Assembly: GCA_029261895.1 (NCBI GenBank)
Contig: JAJDAK010000017.1
Location: 13,572 to 77,571, forward strand
Direction of reading: 5' to 3'
From: Deltaproteobacteria bacterium
GTDB taxonomy: Bacteria; Myxococcota_A; UBA9160; SZUA-336
DNA: 64,000 bases
The translations under genes were made by a program, and so were the position numbers. Below the pieces are notes generated by a model. The model had not been told where the DNA came from. It worked only from the letters and a program-made list of their open reading frames with translations, and did no database searches. Shown one piece after another: positions 1-8,833 of this stretch. Position 1 is the stretch's first letter; each line of letters begins with the position of its first letter.

Positions 1-1
1 G

Positions 2-637
2 ATCTACCTACCTGCGTTTGCGCACCTCGCAAAGCGACCCGCAAAGAATTCGACCGTTACACCCCTATGGATTTACGCGCCGCTGATTCCGCTTGCGATT
101 ATTCAGATCACGTTGCGGCCCCACTACCCGGGTTTACAAAACCTCTACAGCGACTGGGCCAACTTTCTGTATTACACGACGTATCTCTGGATCGGCTTCC
201 TGATGGCACGAAACCCAGCGATCGAAAACGCGATCCATCGCGAGTCGGTACGCATACGCGTTCCCATGATCCTGAGTTTGCTGTTCCTGCTTGCCGCGGT
301 GATCTTTCAACTCGAGAACGCGACGCTCGTTCTTGCTGCGACGGCGATCGCCGGTTGGAGCATGGTCGTCGGGATCCTCGGTGGTGCCGCGCGCCATCTC
401 TCGTATGAATTCCGCGGTCACCGCTACCTCGCTCGCACCGCGTTCCCCGTCTACCTCTTCCACCAACCTGCGATCGTCTTCATTGGCTACATCGTGATTG
501 GATGGTCTTGGGGCATCACGGCGAAGTTTTTCTTTCTGCTCTTCGCTTCAATCGCAACCGTAGTCCTGCTATTGCACTGGGTCCAACGACAGAGCGCTAA
601 CGCAGTGATAGATAAGATGAGCAACCTCCCTACGTGA
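2..637 (+). CDS. Acyltransferase 3 (OpgC/MdoC-like) membrane protein, 5' truncated by window edge
   Basis: Frame open from window start; multiple TM segments; family-typical 'YLARTAFPVYLFHQP' motif. Confidence 0.75.
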   Translation: MYLPAFAHLAKRPAKNSTVTPLWIYAPLIPLAIIQITLRPHYPGLQNLYSDWANFLYYTTYLWIGFLMARNPAIENAIHRESVRIRVPMILSLLFLLAAVIFQLENATLVLAATAIAGWSMVVGILGGAARHLSYEFRGHRYLARTAFPVYLFHQPAIVFIGYIVIGWSWGITAKFFFLLFASIATVVLLLHWVQRQSANAVIDKMSNLPT

Positions 638-683
638 CGTTGCCCGTCTAACTTATCGCTGCACGCTGGATATCGAGTAATGG

Positions 684-733
684 TGGAGACTTCGCGCGAC
701 GCGAAGTCTCCAGTCCTTCGATCGCTACGCTGG
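684..733 (-). repeat. tRNA-trailer repeat unit (CCAGCGTAGCGATCG + GAGACTTCGC..GCGAAGTCTC hairpin), copy 1
   Basis: 15-mer at 719-733 identical to 47306-47320 and 47367-47381; hairpin 684-712. Confidence 0.7.
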
Positions 734-818
734 TGGTGCCGGAGGTGGGAATCGAACCCACACTCCCGAAGGAACACGATTTTGAGTCGTGCGCGTCTGC
801 CAATTCCGCCACTCCGGC
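734..818 (-). tRNA. tRNA-Leu (CAA)
   Basis: Revcomp GCCGGAGTGGCGGAATTGGCAGACGCGCACGACTCAAAATCGTG...GGTTCGATTCCCACCTCCGGCACCA: cloverleaf, long variable arm, encoded CCA. Confidence 0.97.
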
Positions 819-900
819 AAAGAGGGGCCGGATTCTAGCGGGATTCTCCGGTTCGTGTCAGGGGGCGCTGCGCTGTCGTAGCGCGAAGCCCAGCAGAAAA

Positions 901-2250
901 TCAGCTTCGTTTGGAACTGTAGCCACGTACAAGAAGCGCCGCGAGCCCAAGAGCCATGATCAGACGCATCCAATCCGACGGCAGGGTGTCGACAGGAAGC
1001 GCAGGCTCTTCGACTTGGACCTGCAGCAGTGCAACATCGGCGGGGTCCCCTTCGTGGGTCCAGACGGGAGCATAGAAGCGCCCCGCTCGATCCCAAACAG
1101 CAATGCCACCGAAACTGAGATTACGGGAACCCAAGAGCGCGTCGATGTCCATGACCTCTTCGCAGTTCTGCGTCGCGACATCGATGCGGCGAATCGTGCT
1201 TCGATTGTTGTTATTGCTCACGTAGTAGAGAGAGCGCTCATCCGGGCTAAGGGTGAGATTGTAGATTCGCCAGAAGTTCGGACCACAGGTATCCGCGAAG
1301 AACGTAAACGTATCCAGCTGCGTATCGAGCCGATACACGTCTTTGGCGTTCGCATGCATGAAATAGACGAATCGACCCTCCGCCGTTGGCGCGAGCGCGC
1401 CCAGCTCGCCACTGGGCAGGTTACTCGCGACCGTACTCGTCGTCATCGCGGAGGCGTCATACTTGAAAACTATCATTGCGTCGTCATCTGAATTTGCGTA
1501 GTAGACGTCGCCGTTTGCATCGACGTAGAACACGTAACCCACCGCACTGGATTGCCCGACCGCTTGGATGTTTCCCGTAGACAGATTGTATTGAAGCAAA
1601 TGGCCCTCTGGGAACGTCATCGCGTACAACCAATCGGGCGCTCCCGGATTCAAATTCAGACTCTTCACGCCATAGAACTCGATCATCACGCCGCTTTTCT
1701 CAGACGCAGTCCCAGGATTCGGAATCAGGTTTAAATCCTTATCCAAAAGAAACGGCGCGGTCTTGCTCAGGTCTTCGATAACCCCAGTACCTGAATCCAC
1801 GCGATACAGGTGCGACCCCCGCAAGAACGGCGACGGGTCATGGTCCATGCTGGCGAAGTACATCTTTCCATCCGCATGTTCCGAAAGAAACGTGTGCACC
1901 TTGTACTGTGTCTCGTTCGGCATCCAATTATTTGCGTCGGTCGAAATCGATTCGATGTCTCCGAGCAACGACATCTGATCCGCATCAGGATCAAAACGAA
2001 ACAGCGCGACGTTACCCCCAGGCTGTTGATGGTTACTGACTGCGATCATCACATCGCCAGCTGACGTGGAACCGAGTGCAGACCACGACGAATGCAACAA
2101 GAAACTGGGCAATAGCGGACTACCACTAGCAAGGCCATCATCGGTAAAGAAAAATAGTTTTGCCGACGGATTCGCCACGGGATCCGCGCGCGCGGGGTCG
2201 GCGACCAAAACCGCGAGCAACATCGATAAGACCATAATTCCGAATCGCAT
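901..2250 (-). CDS. Secreted beta-propeller protein with IPTL-CTERM-like C-terminal anchor
   Basis: Signal peptide (ARA-D); beta-strand repeats; C-terminal 'PVDTLPSDW' + TM helix + basic tail. Confidence 0.7.
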   Translation of the reverse strand: MRFGIMVLSMLLAVLVADPARADPVANPSAKLFFFTDDGLASGSPLLPSFLLHSSWSALGSTSAGDVMIAVSNHQQPGGNVALFRFDPDADQMSLLGDIESISTDANNWMPNETQYKVHTFLSEHADGKMYFASMDHDPSPFLRGSHLYRVDSGTGVIEDLSKTAPFLLDKDLNLIPNPGTASEKSGVMIEFYGVKSLNLNPGAPDWLYAMTFPEGHLLQYNLSTGNIQAVGQSSAVGYVFYVDANGDVYYANSDDDAMIVFKYDASAMTTSTVASNLPSGELGALAPTAEGRFVYFMHANAKDVYRLDTQLDTFTFFADTCGPNFWRIYNLTLSPDERSLYYVSNNNNRSTIRRIDVATQNCEEVMDIDALLGSRNLSFGGIAVWDRAGRFYAPVWTHEGDPADVALLQVQVEEPALPVDTLPSDWMRLIMALGLAALLVRGYSSKRS

Positions 2251-2469
2251 CGCCCCAGCTTAGCGAAGATCCAACCCATAGCGTCGAAGAATGCGCACGT
2301 ACATTGCAGAAATACATATTCACGGTTCTCTCAGCAGCAAGCAGCGCGCAACGGGAGCATCGACCCAGTCCAACCCGCCAATTCAGCGTCAAAACAACCT
2401 ATACTCTGTACTTAGCTTCAGTGCGGTGATTGGACTCGATGCGCATCTTGCCGCGGCAGGGAGAAACAG

Positions 2470-3558
2470 ATGGCCTCAGTGTTGAACCGAATCTTGGTAC
2501 TTGGAATGTTGTTTTCCGTAGCAGCGATAGCGACGTCCGAACCCGCTTGGGCGCTCGATGAAACCGAGCGCAGCTTGCTTTGGCAACAACCCTATAATAA
2601 GTCGGCCGGCGGCAAGCGCGTGGTTACGAATGTAGATCGTGGCTTTGACGAGGATCCTATCGACGATCGTAAACTCTTCCGTTTTCAGCGTCGGCAGCTC
2701 GGCAAGTTCAACACCGCGATTTGGGCCGCGGGGGTTAAGGGCAAACGACTGGATAAGAAGTTGTTCTGGGACCCGAAAGCTTACACCGGGCTCGCGGTAG
2801 AACCGCAGAAGCGACGCAAGCGCTACGAACGCGCGGTCAGTGAGTATCAGTTTTCAAGCGCGGTTCAGCTCTTTGGCGATGAAGTCGGCATACTCAACGT
2901 TCCCGCGAGCGTGAACTTCCCGCTCGGTCGCCAATCATGGGCAGGTTCTGGCATTGCATTCCGTGAGCCCCTCGAAAACGTCTGGTCCGCACCCGGACAA
3001 GGGCTCGCATACTCGGTCGACATTCAAATTCCTTCGATGTCGGGCTTCAAGCACAACTCGACCGCGCGATTTATCCCCTACTCCAATATCTCCCCGCAGT
3101 TGCTCGACAACACCACTGGAACCAGAATCTGGCTCGTGACACAGCTCTACGACTCACGAGGATTCACGGGCTTCGATGGTTTCGTGAACCCAGAGGGCGT
3201 TGGCGGCATCGCGGTGGATTGTCCGGATGGCAGTTGCAACAAGGTCATCATCGCAACGAGCTTTCTACCCGGAATGAACTACGTGACGTTTGATGACGAG
3301 ACCTCAGAACGTGCAAGCAAAGCGACATGGACCGGCTATCGTCATTTCGAAGTCGCCATGATGTACGATCAACTACAACAAGCCCTACTCGATGCGGAGG
3401 CCGCGGGTGCGGTGCTTTCGACCGACCCCGCCGACTACTCGATCGTTGAATACTGGCTCGCCAATGAAATCCATGTTTCGCTGACTCCGGCAGCCATTGG
3501 CTCTCACATGGGTCTGAGCTTCAAGAACCTACGCTTGGAGCAGGTCACCTACGAGTAG
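2470..3558 (+). CDS. Secreted hypothetical protein
   Basis: GGAG RBS; signal peptide ending AWA; 362 aa ORF. Confidence 0.7.
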   Translation: MASVLNRILVLGMLFSVAAIATSEPAWALDETERSLLWQQPYNKSAGGKRVVTNVDRGFDEDPIDDRKLFRFQRRQLGKFNTAIWAAGVKGKRLDKKLFWDPKAYTGLAVEPQKRRKRYERAVSEYQFSSAVQLFGDEVGILNVPASVNFPLGRQSWAGSGIAFREPLENVWSAPGQGLAYSVDIQIPSMSGFKHNSTARFIPYSNISPQLLDNTTGTRIWLVTQLYDSRGFTGFDGFVNPEGVGGIAVDCPDGSCNKVIIATSFLPGMNYVTFDDETSERASKATWTGYRHFEVAMMYDQLQQALLDAEAAGAVLSTDPADYSIVEYWLANEIHVSLTPAAIGSHMGLSFKNLRLEQVTYE

Positions 3559-3757
3559 ACGACCTGCTCCGTTAGCGATAGAAGCGCGCTACCTTCGGGA
3601 AAGCCACGCTGTGAGCCCGATGCCGAGTCTGGAAGGTGCAGAACCCCGAGAACGTTCCACACCTTCCAGAAAACAACAGGCACAGCAGGACGGTGCGCGG
3701 TTGCTTATTGCAACAACACCCTCCACTCGTTCCATTCTTCATAGGGAAACCAAGCCC

Positions 3758-5305
3758 TCATTTCTTTCCCTTCTTGCTATTCGAATTGGAAGAGTTGTTG
3801 GACTTCGCTTTTGAAGAACTCTTGCTTGAAGCGTTGCTCTTCGAGGACTTCTTAGCCTTGATATTCGCGATCTTCTCGGCATTCTTGGACTTCTTGACCA
3901 CTTCCTTATCGACGTCCTCTACCGTGGCCTTATGCGCCGTTATGTTTCCGCGCAGAAGTTCGGGCTCGCCTGAGTCGTAACCCGTGCTAGGCCCGCCTAC
4001 GATCTTCAGGTGGAACACGTCTGCTGGCGTTCCCGTATTCGCGTTTCCGGTGCCTGGGTTGCCAAAGTCGATTATCGTGACCTGACACATATTCATTGTG
4101 CGCTCATTGTTATCGAGCAGCGTTCGCACGGTGCACGGAGCGACGAAGACGACGCCACCGTATCCGCTATAGATCGGATAGACCTGGTCGACATTGCCCT
4201 TCATCTTGACCTGTAACGGGCTCTGACCCTTGCTGGCCTTACCCTGATCACCATCGTTGTACTCCAGGTGAACTTCGAGATGGTTCTGTTTGGTCATGAT
4301 ATTAAACCCGAAGGAGTTCCGAGCCTTAGAGTGAAGATTCTCTGCGTCGGCCACCCCGCCGCCACCCGTGAACTTAACAAAGGCCATCATCGGAATGGGG
4401 TCGCTTATATCGCACTCGTCGCCAATGCCGTCGCCATCGGTATCGATTTGATCCGCATTCGCGACATCGATGCAGTTGTCCTCGGCATCCGGCACGCCGT
4501 CTTCGTCCGCATCAACTGGCTTCGACTTGAAGCTCTGAGCCTTGATGAACACATTGGAGTCCAAGATCATGTCCCCGGCATCGGCGATCGCCAGCTTAAT
4601 ATGGTGCAGCTGCCCCGGTGTGACGTTCGCTTGAACGGAAAGAACGATGGTCAGCCCGTCCATCTCGGTCGGAAAGCTTCCGCCTCCATCGGACAGATCG
4701 TTGTTTAGATAATACTGCGGATTGCTGACGTTCTGGCCGAACGGGTTTCCGTTATTGACTGTGTTGATCGCGACCGCAACATCTGACCCCGGAAGCTTGG
4801 CAATATTCTCGCCGTCGAGGAAGAACCCGAACACATCGTTGAACGAGGAGTTAACCCATTCGTTGTACTCATCTGAGCTGAATACGTATTGAAACGTGAT
4901 GATATCGGCTGTGGGGACGAACTCGAACTCAAGAACGGTGGCGTCGTAGGTAGTGTAACCTGGGATCAACGAGTTCAGCTGACTATCGCCAAATTGGTAG
5001 TTAACCTGCGTGATCGAGTCGCTGGAGTTGGTACCCGTGGCCTTCGCGATGTCGCCACTAGACAGCACGATACCGGAGTCAAATCCGATCGCGTCCATGC
5101 CGCCGCTGAAGAAACCAGCAGACACATCGGTACCCTGGAACTTGAAGTTACTCACTTCAATGTTCTCGCCCAACAGCTTATTAACTAGAAGTTGGGGATC
5201 GGCTTCATACTGTATGGTGAACGCAAAGCTAACCGGTGGCAGAACCAAGATTGCCATCAGGCTCGCCAATACGAGGTGCCTGAGGCACTGGTTTACGGTG
5301 GTCAT
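3758..5305 (-). CDS. Secreted choice-of-anchor L domain protein with TSP3 repeat and K/S/N-rich tail (probable adhesin)
   Basis: 'DATVLEFEFVP..FQYVFSSDEYNEWV..FNDVFGFF..DGLT..HIKLAIADAGD..DSNVFI'; DxDxDG/DNC repeat; GGAG RBS. Confidence 0.85.
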   Translation of the reverse strand: MTTVNQCLRHLVLASLMAILVLPPVSFAFTIQYEADPQLLVNKLLGENIEVSNFKFQGTDVSAGFFSGGMDAIGFDSGIVLSSGDIAKATGTNSSDSITQVNYQFGDSQLNSLIPGYTTYDATVLEFEFVPTADIITFQYVFSSDEYNEWVNSSFNDVFGFFLDGENIAKLPGSDVAVAINTVNNGNPFGQNVSNPQYYLNNDLSDGGGSFPTEMDGLTIVLSVQANVTPGQLHHIKLAIADAGDMILDSNVFIKAQSFKSKPVDADEDGVPDAEDNCIDVANADQIDTDGDGIGDECDISDPIPMMAFVKFTGGGGVADAENLHSKARNSFGFNIMTKQNHLEVHLEYNDGDQGKASKGQSPLQVKMKGNVDQVYPIYSGYGGVVFVAPCTVRTLLDNNERTMNMCQVTIIDFGNPGTGNANTGTPADVFHLKIVGGPSTGYDSGEPELLRGNITAHKATVEDVDKEVVKKSKNAEKIANIKAKKSSKSNASSKSSSKAKSNNSSNSNSKKGKK

Positions 5306-5430
5306 GATTACTCTCCTAAGGGTGTGCGCCGTATCAGCGAAACCACTACGTGGGCTTCACCGTAGCTGCACATAAGAGAGCGTCCAGGATCACTGAGACC
5401 ATCGGCGTTCGCACTATGCACAACTCCATT

Positions 5431-5509
5431 CGGCAACCGTTCGACCCAAACCCGCAAAGGGTTGGGCACTGGCTTTGCGTCCCCGTATTGCTACGGATTT
5501 GCCTTTTCG
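5431..5509 (-). ncRNA. c-di-GMP-I (GEMM) riboswitch, proximal aptamer
   Basis: Revcomp CGAAAAGGCAAATCCGTA-GCAA-TACGGGGACGCAAAGCC...GGTTGCCG matches GEMM consensus; lies in the 5' UTR of 3758-5305. Confidence 0.88.
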
Positions 5510-5709
5510 TGGAGTAGGAAGGCCTTACCCCATCTTGTTACGTTCCCGCAACCTTCACGCAAACTCTTATCAATACGTCTACCGCACGCACGAAACCTAG
5601 GAATAGGATGTGCGTCCGGTAGATGTAAAAAATAGGTATTAGAAGATGGGGAAGTGTTGACCGCTAATGTTGGGTCATAGACATGCAGATACACCTTCCC
5701 CGTCTCCTT

Positions 5710-5801
5710 TCGATAGCCGTTCGACCCTTGTCGTGTTCGTAGAACACAACATGAGGGCACTGGCTTTGCGTCCCCGCGTTACCGCGAGTTTGCCTTTTCG
5801 A
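5710..5801 (-). ncRNA. c-di-GMP-I (GEMM) riboswitch, distal aptamer
   Basis: Revcomp TCGAAAAGGCAAACTCGCG-GTAA-CGCGGGGACGCAAAGCC...GGCTATCGA. Confidence 0.85.
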
Positions 5802-5995
5802 GAAGCAGAGCCTCGTAGGCACCTGCCAGCCCGATGGCCGAAGCTCATTCAATCTGGGCTGCGACCATTAATTACCAAAGTACCCTATCGGTACTGACAG
5901 GGATGTACTTTAGTGCTCACAAGCAGCCATTCCCGCCCAGAGAAATACTTCATGGCCGTTGATACAAGAAGTCTGAGAACCCTCTTGGGACGGAA

Positions 5996-7330
5996 CTATC
6001 TCTTGTAATCGTAGAGCAGCCAGTCGCGATTGCCGTTGCGATCGGCGGTGCCGAAGGTGAAGAGATTCGAGCCTTTGGCAATGGCACCGGTCACCTCGTC
6101 GTCACCTTCCACATCGATCAGCGTCTCCCAGAGAATCTCGCCGGTGTGGAAGGAGTAATTGCGTCCAAAAAGATCGCCGTCGCCGCCACCCGAGTCGAGC
6201 CGTCCGAAGGCGAAGACCGACTTGCTGCCGAACGTCGTGATGGCGCTCGCACGATCGACGCCACCGGTATCGACGACGTCGGTCCACATTTCAGCTCCGG
6301 TAAACGTGGCGTAGCCACGAATGAAGAAATCTCCGTCGGCTTCTCCAGCCATGAAGACACAGGGCCCAAGCCCCGCGACACCCGCGGCGATATCCGTTGC
6401 GCCGCTGTCGACCGTGGCCTCCCATTGAAAGTCTCCGGTCTTCGCTCTATAGGTACGAATTCTCATGTTCTGGTTTCCTGCGCTGGTCACGTTCCCAGCG
6501 ATGGAGACTCGGCTACCCACGGCGGAAATTCCGGTAAGGACATCGTCTTCGCCATCAACATCGATCTGATCCGACCAGAGCAGCGTTTTGTCTTTCCGTT
6601 TGTAGGAACGGATGAGCCAGTCCTGGTTGCCGCTTCCGTCCTCCGCAACCCCCCCGACGATCAAAGTTGAGCCCTTCACCGCGAGATGCGTGGCACCACC
6701 AGCATGAGAAATGGCATCGGTCGGGTAGTCTTCCCAGAAAAGGTTCCCGGCCTTGGCGTCGTAGTAACGTATCAGCCAACGTGTCAGTCCCGTAGAGGCT
6801 TCCGTCGTGGAGCCCACGACAAAACCGTGTCGCCCTTTCAAGAACACATCATTGGCTTGGGCCTTGTCATCTCCTAGGTCCACCTCGTCGTCCCAAAAAA
6901 GCGTGCCCTTTCGGGCGTCGTAGACGCGCACCAACCAATTGTCGCCACCCGAGGCAGTTTCGCGTGAGCCGACCGCAAAAACACGATTTCCGCTGGCCGA
7001 GACCGCGCGTAGATCCACCTTCCCGTCGGGGTTCACAAACTCGTCTGACCAGATGATCGCGCCTCCGCCCTTTACGTCGTGGGCACGGACGATCCAGGTG
7101 TCTTGGGGAGAGTTTGGCGATGAGCTTCCCATACCGACTGCGATGACGATGCGCTGGCCTCGAATATCCATGTCGTTGATCACATCGACCTCACCAGCCA
7201 GGTCGAAACGATCCTGCCAGATGATGTCTCCCGAAGCCGCTCCCGCGGTCGTTGCAAGAAGCGGGGAGAGTGCCAGCACCGCTATTGCGAAAAACCATCT
7301 CATCTCGATCCGGTAGTCGACATGGAACAT
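5996..7330 (-). CDS. Secreted beta-propeller (PQQ-like repeat) protein
   Basis: Signal peptide; repeated 'W(L/I)(V/I)RxY..K.G.LLW.D' blades; GAGG RBS. Confidence 0.75.
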   Translation of the reverse strand: MFHVDYRIEMRWFFAIAVLALSPLLATTAGAASGDIIWQDRFDLAGEVDVINDMDIRGQRIVIAVGMGSSSPNSPQDTWIVRAHDVKGGGAIIWSDEFVNPDGKVDLRAVSASGNRVFAVGSRETASGGDNWLVRVYDARKGTLFWDDEVDLGDDKAQANDVFLKGRHGFVVGSTTEASTGLTRWLIRYYDAKAGNLFWEDYPTDAISHAGGATHLAVKGSTLIVGGVAEDGSGNQDWLIRSYKRKDKTLLWSDQIDVDGEDDVLTGISAVGSRVSIAGNVTSAGNQNMRIRTYRAKTGDFQWEATVDSGATDIAAGVAGLGPCVFMAGEADGDFFIRGYATFTGAEMWTDVVDTGGVDRASAITTFGSKSVFAFGRLDSGGGDGDLFGRNYSFHTGEILWETLIDVEGDDEVTGAIAKGSNLFTFGTADRNGNRDWLLYDYKR

Positions 7331-7371
7331 CGTTCACCTCTTATACATAAAGAAAATACCGGGATGTAAGC

Positions 7372-8193
7372 CTAGGGGTTTTGGATTCTGACTCCGAGCG
7401 TTGCAAAACGATCTCCGTTCGGATCGTAGACGTCGGCCCTCAAAACCTCGACAACGTCACCGTCCGTCAAGCCGAGGTTTTCATCCACCTCACCACTGTC
7501 GTTAATGATGTCAAAGAAGAATGTTTCGACGATGGGAGCAACTCCGTTGACGGCAAGCTCGAGCTCGAGCCTATTGCCGCTTGCGTTGATGTCTTCCCCC
7601 AGAGCGTCGCGAAGCTTGTCGAAGCGGACATGCAGCTCGCCACCCTTCTTCGATTTGATAGAAATGTCGGAGTCCCGCGTGGGAGCCACTCGAATAAAGC
7701 TTCCCTCTTCGACCTGGACGATCGCTGAAGCCAACGCCTTGGTCGGACCCTTTCCGGCGATGAGACCGAGTGTGGCGAAGGGCTCGCCGCCTTGATCCTC
7801 AGCCACGATCTCCAAGATCTCAATGATGTCGGGCCTCACAAGGCCGAGCAGCGCCTTGCCGATCTTGCCGTTGCCGTTGATGATGTCGAACGGAAACTGC
7901 AGCGACTGTGGAACGCCATTCAATATGACCTCCATCCGCAGCGTGTTCCCGAGGGCGGTGATCTTATTGCCGCCTGCATCCACGGCCCGCTTAAGCTTGA
8001 ATTTAAGCTTGCCGCCATTTCCGGAACTAAGACTTAACCGGAGATTCGTCTTGGGCCCGTACTTGACGGGTGAGACGCTGCCATCCACTGCGATCAGTGT
8101 GGCACTGAGTGAGGTTTGATGAGCCGCGGCGGGGCTGGAAAGACCGACGCACACGACAGCCACGAAAAGCCAAAACGCTGAGTGTAGTCTCAT
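7372..8193 (-). CDS. Secreted hypothetical protein with two tandem ~125 aa domains
   Basis: Signal peptide AAA; two copies of 'GN(T/R)L..E...NG...FDIIN..G...LGL...D..E.L....D..G..FATLG'. Confidence 0.75.
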   Translation of the reverse strand: MRLHSAFWLFVAVVCVGLSSPAAAHQTSLSATLIAVDGSVSPVKYGPKTNLRLSLSSGNGGKLKFKLKRAVDAGGNKITALGNTLRMEVILNGVPQSLQFPFDIINGNGKIGKALLGLVRPDIIEILEIVAEDQGGEPFATLGLIAGKGPTKALASAIVQVEEGSFIRVAPTRDSDISIKSKKGGELHVRFDKLRDALGEDINASGNRLELELAVNGVAPIVETFFFDIINDSGEVDENLGLTDGDVVEVLRADVYDPNGDRFATLGVRIQNP

Positions 8194-8833
8194 AGGAGGA
8201 TTCTGTCAGAGTTGGATAGATTTTTTCAACTCTAAATCTCAGGAGCGTGCAGTATTCGATATCTGAAGCACCCTTTGCCCTCTTCGGGAATACACGTTCA
8301 TTCACGATCAGGAACATTCCGAGTACGACTCCCCCTGCTCTAAGTGGCCCCAAGCGAATCAAGCTCCAATAGTCGCTGCAGCGTTTCTTCTAGCACCTGT
8401 AGTTGCTGACGCGAAAAGTCAGACCGCGTAAACAACATGGATTCAGCGGCGATTCCCGATAGAACCATGAAGAAAAAGCGCTCGGCTAACACTCCTTTCT
8501 GCGGAGCAAGACGCACGTCATCGAAGAGTTCTTTCCAAATGCGATGTAGGCGGCGCGCAACGTAGCGTTCCGATTTAGAATCGGCGCCGGACCCGTGTTT
8601 GCGACGAGACAGGCTGCAATGCTGTTTGGATCAACGACACCTCAATCGGAAGTAGTGCGCAGATGTCGACGACCACCGGCTTGATTTATGGCTGGGGTCC
8701 CGATCCCAATGAGACCAGCCTCGATGCCTTCTACTTTACGGCAAACGATTGGCAAACAGGCGACGAGGTTTTTCGCATTTATGGCGGGAATGGTATCCAG
8801 TTCAATCCGGTTCTCGGCCTGGAGTGGATCCGT

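Noticed and set aside
733-1491. Long antisense or overlapping ORFs (also 19415-20206, 27933-28580, 30519-31421, 32774-33769)
   Set aside because: Shadow ORFs opposite well-supported genes or tRNA in GC-rich DNA, with no family motifs.
3538-3569. Intrinsic terminator (GAGCAGGTC..GACCTGCTC hairpin)
   Set aside because: It overlaps the coding end and has no U-tract on either strand.
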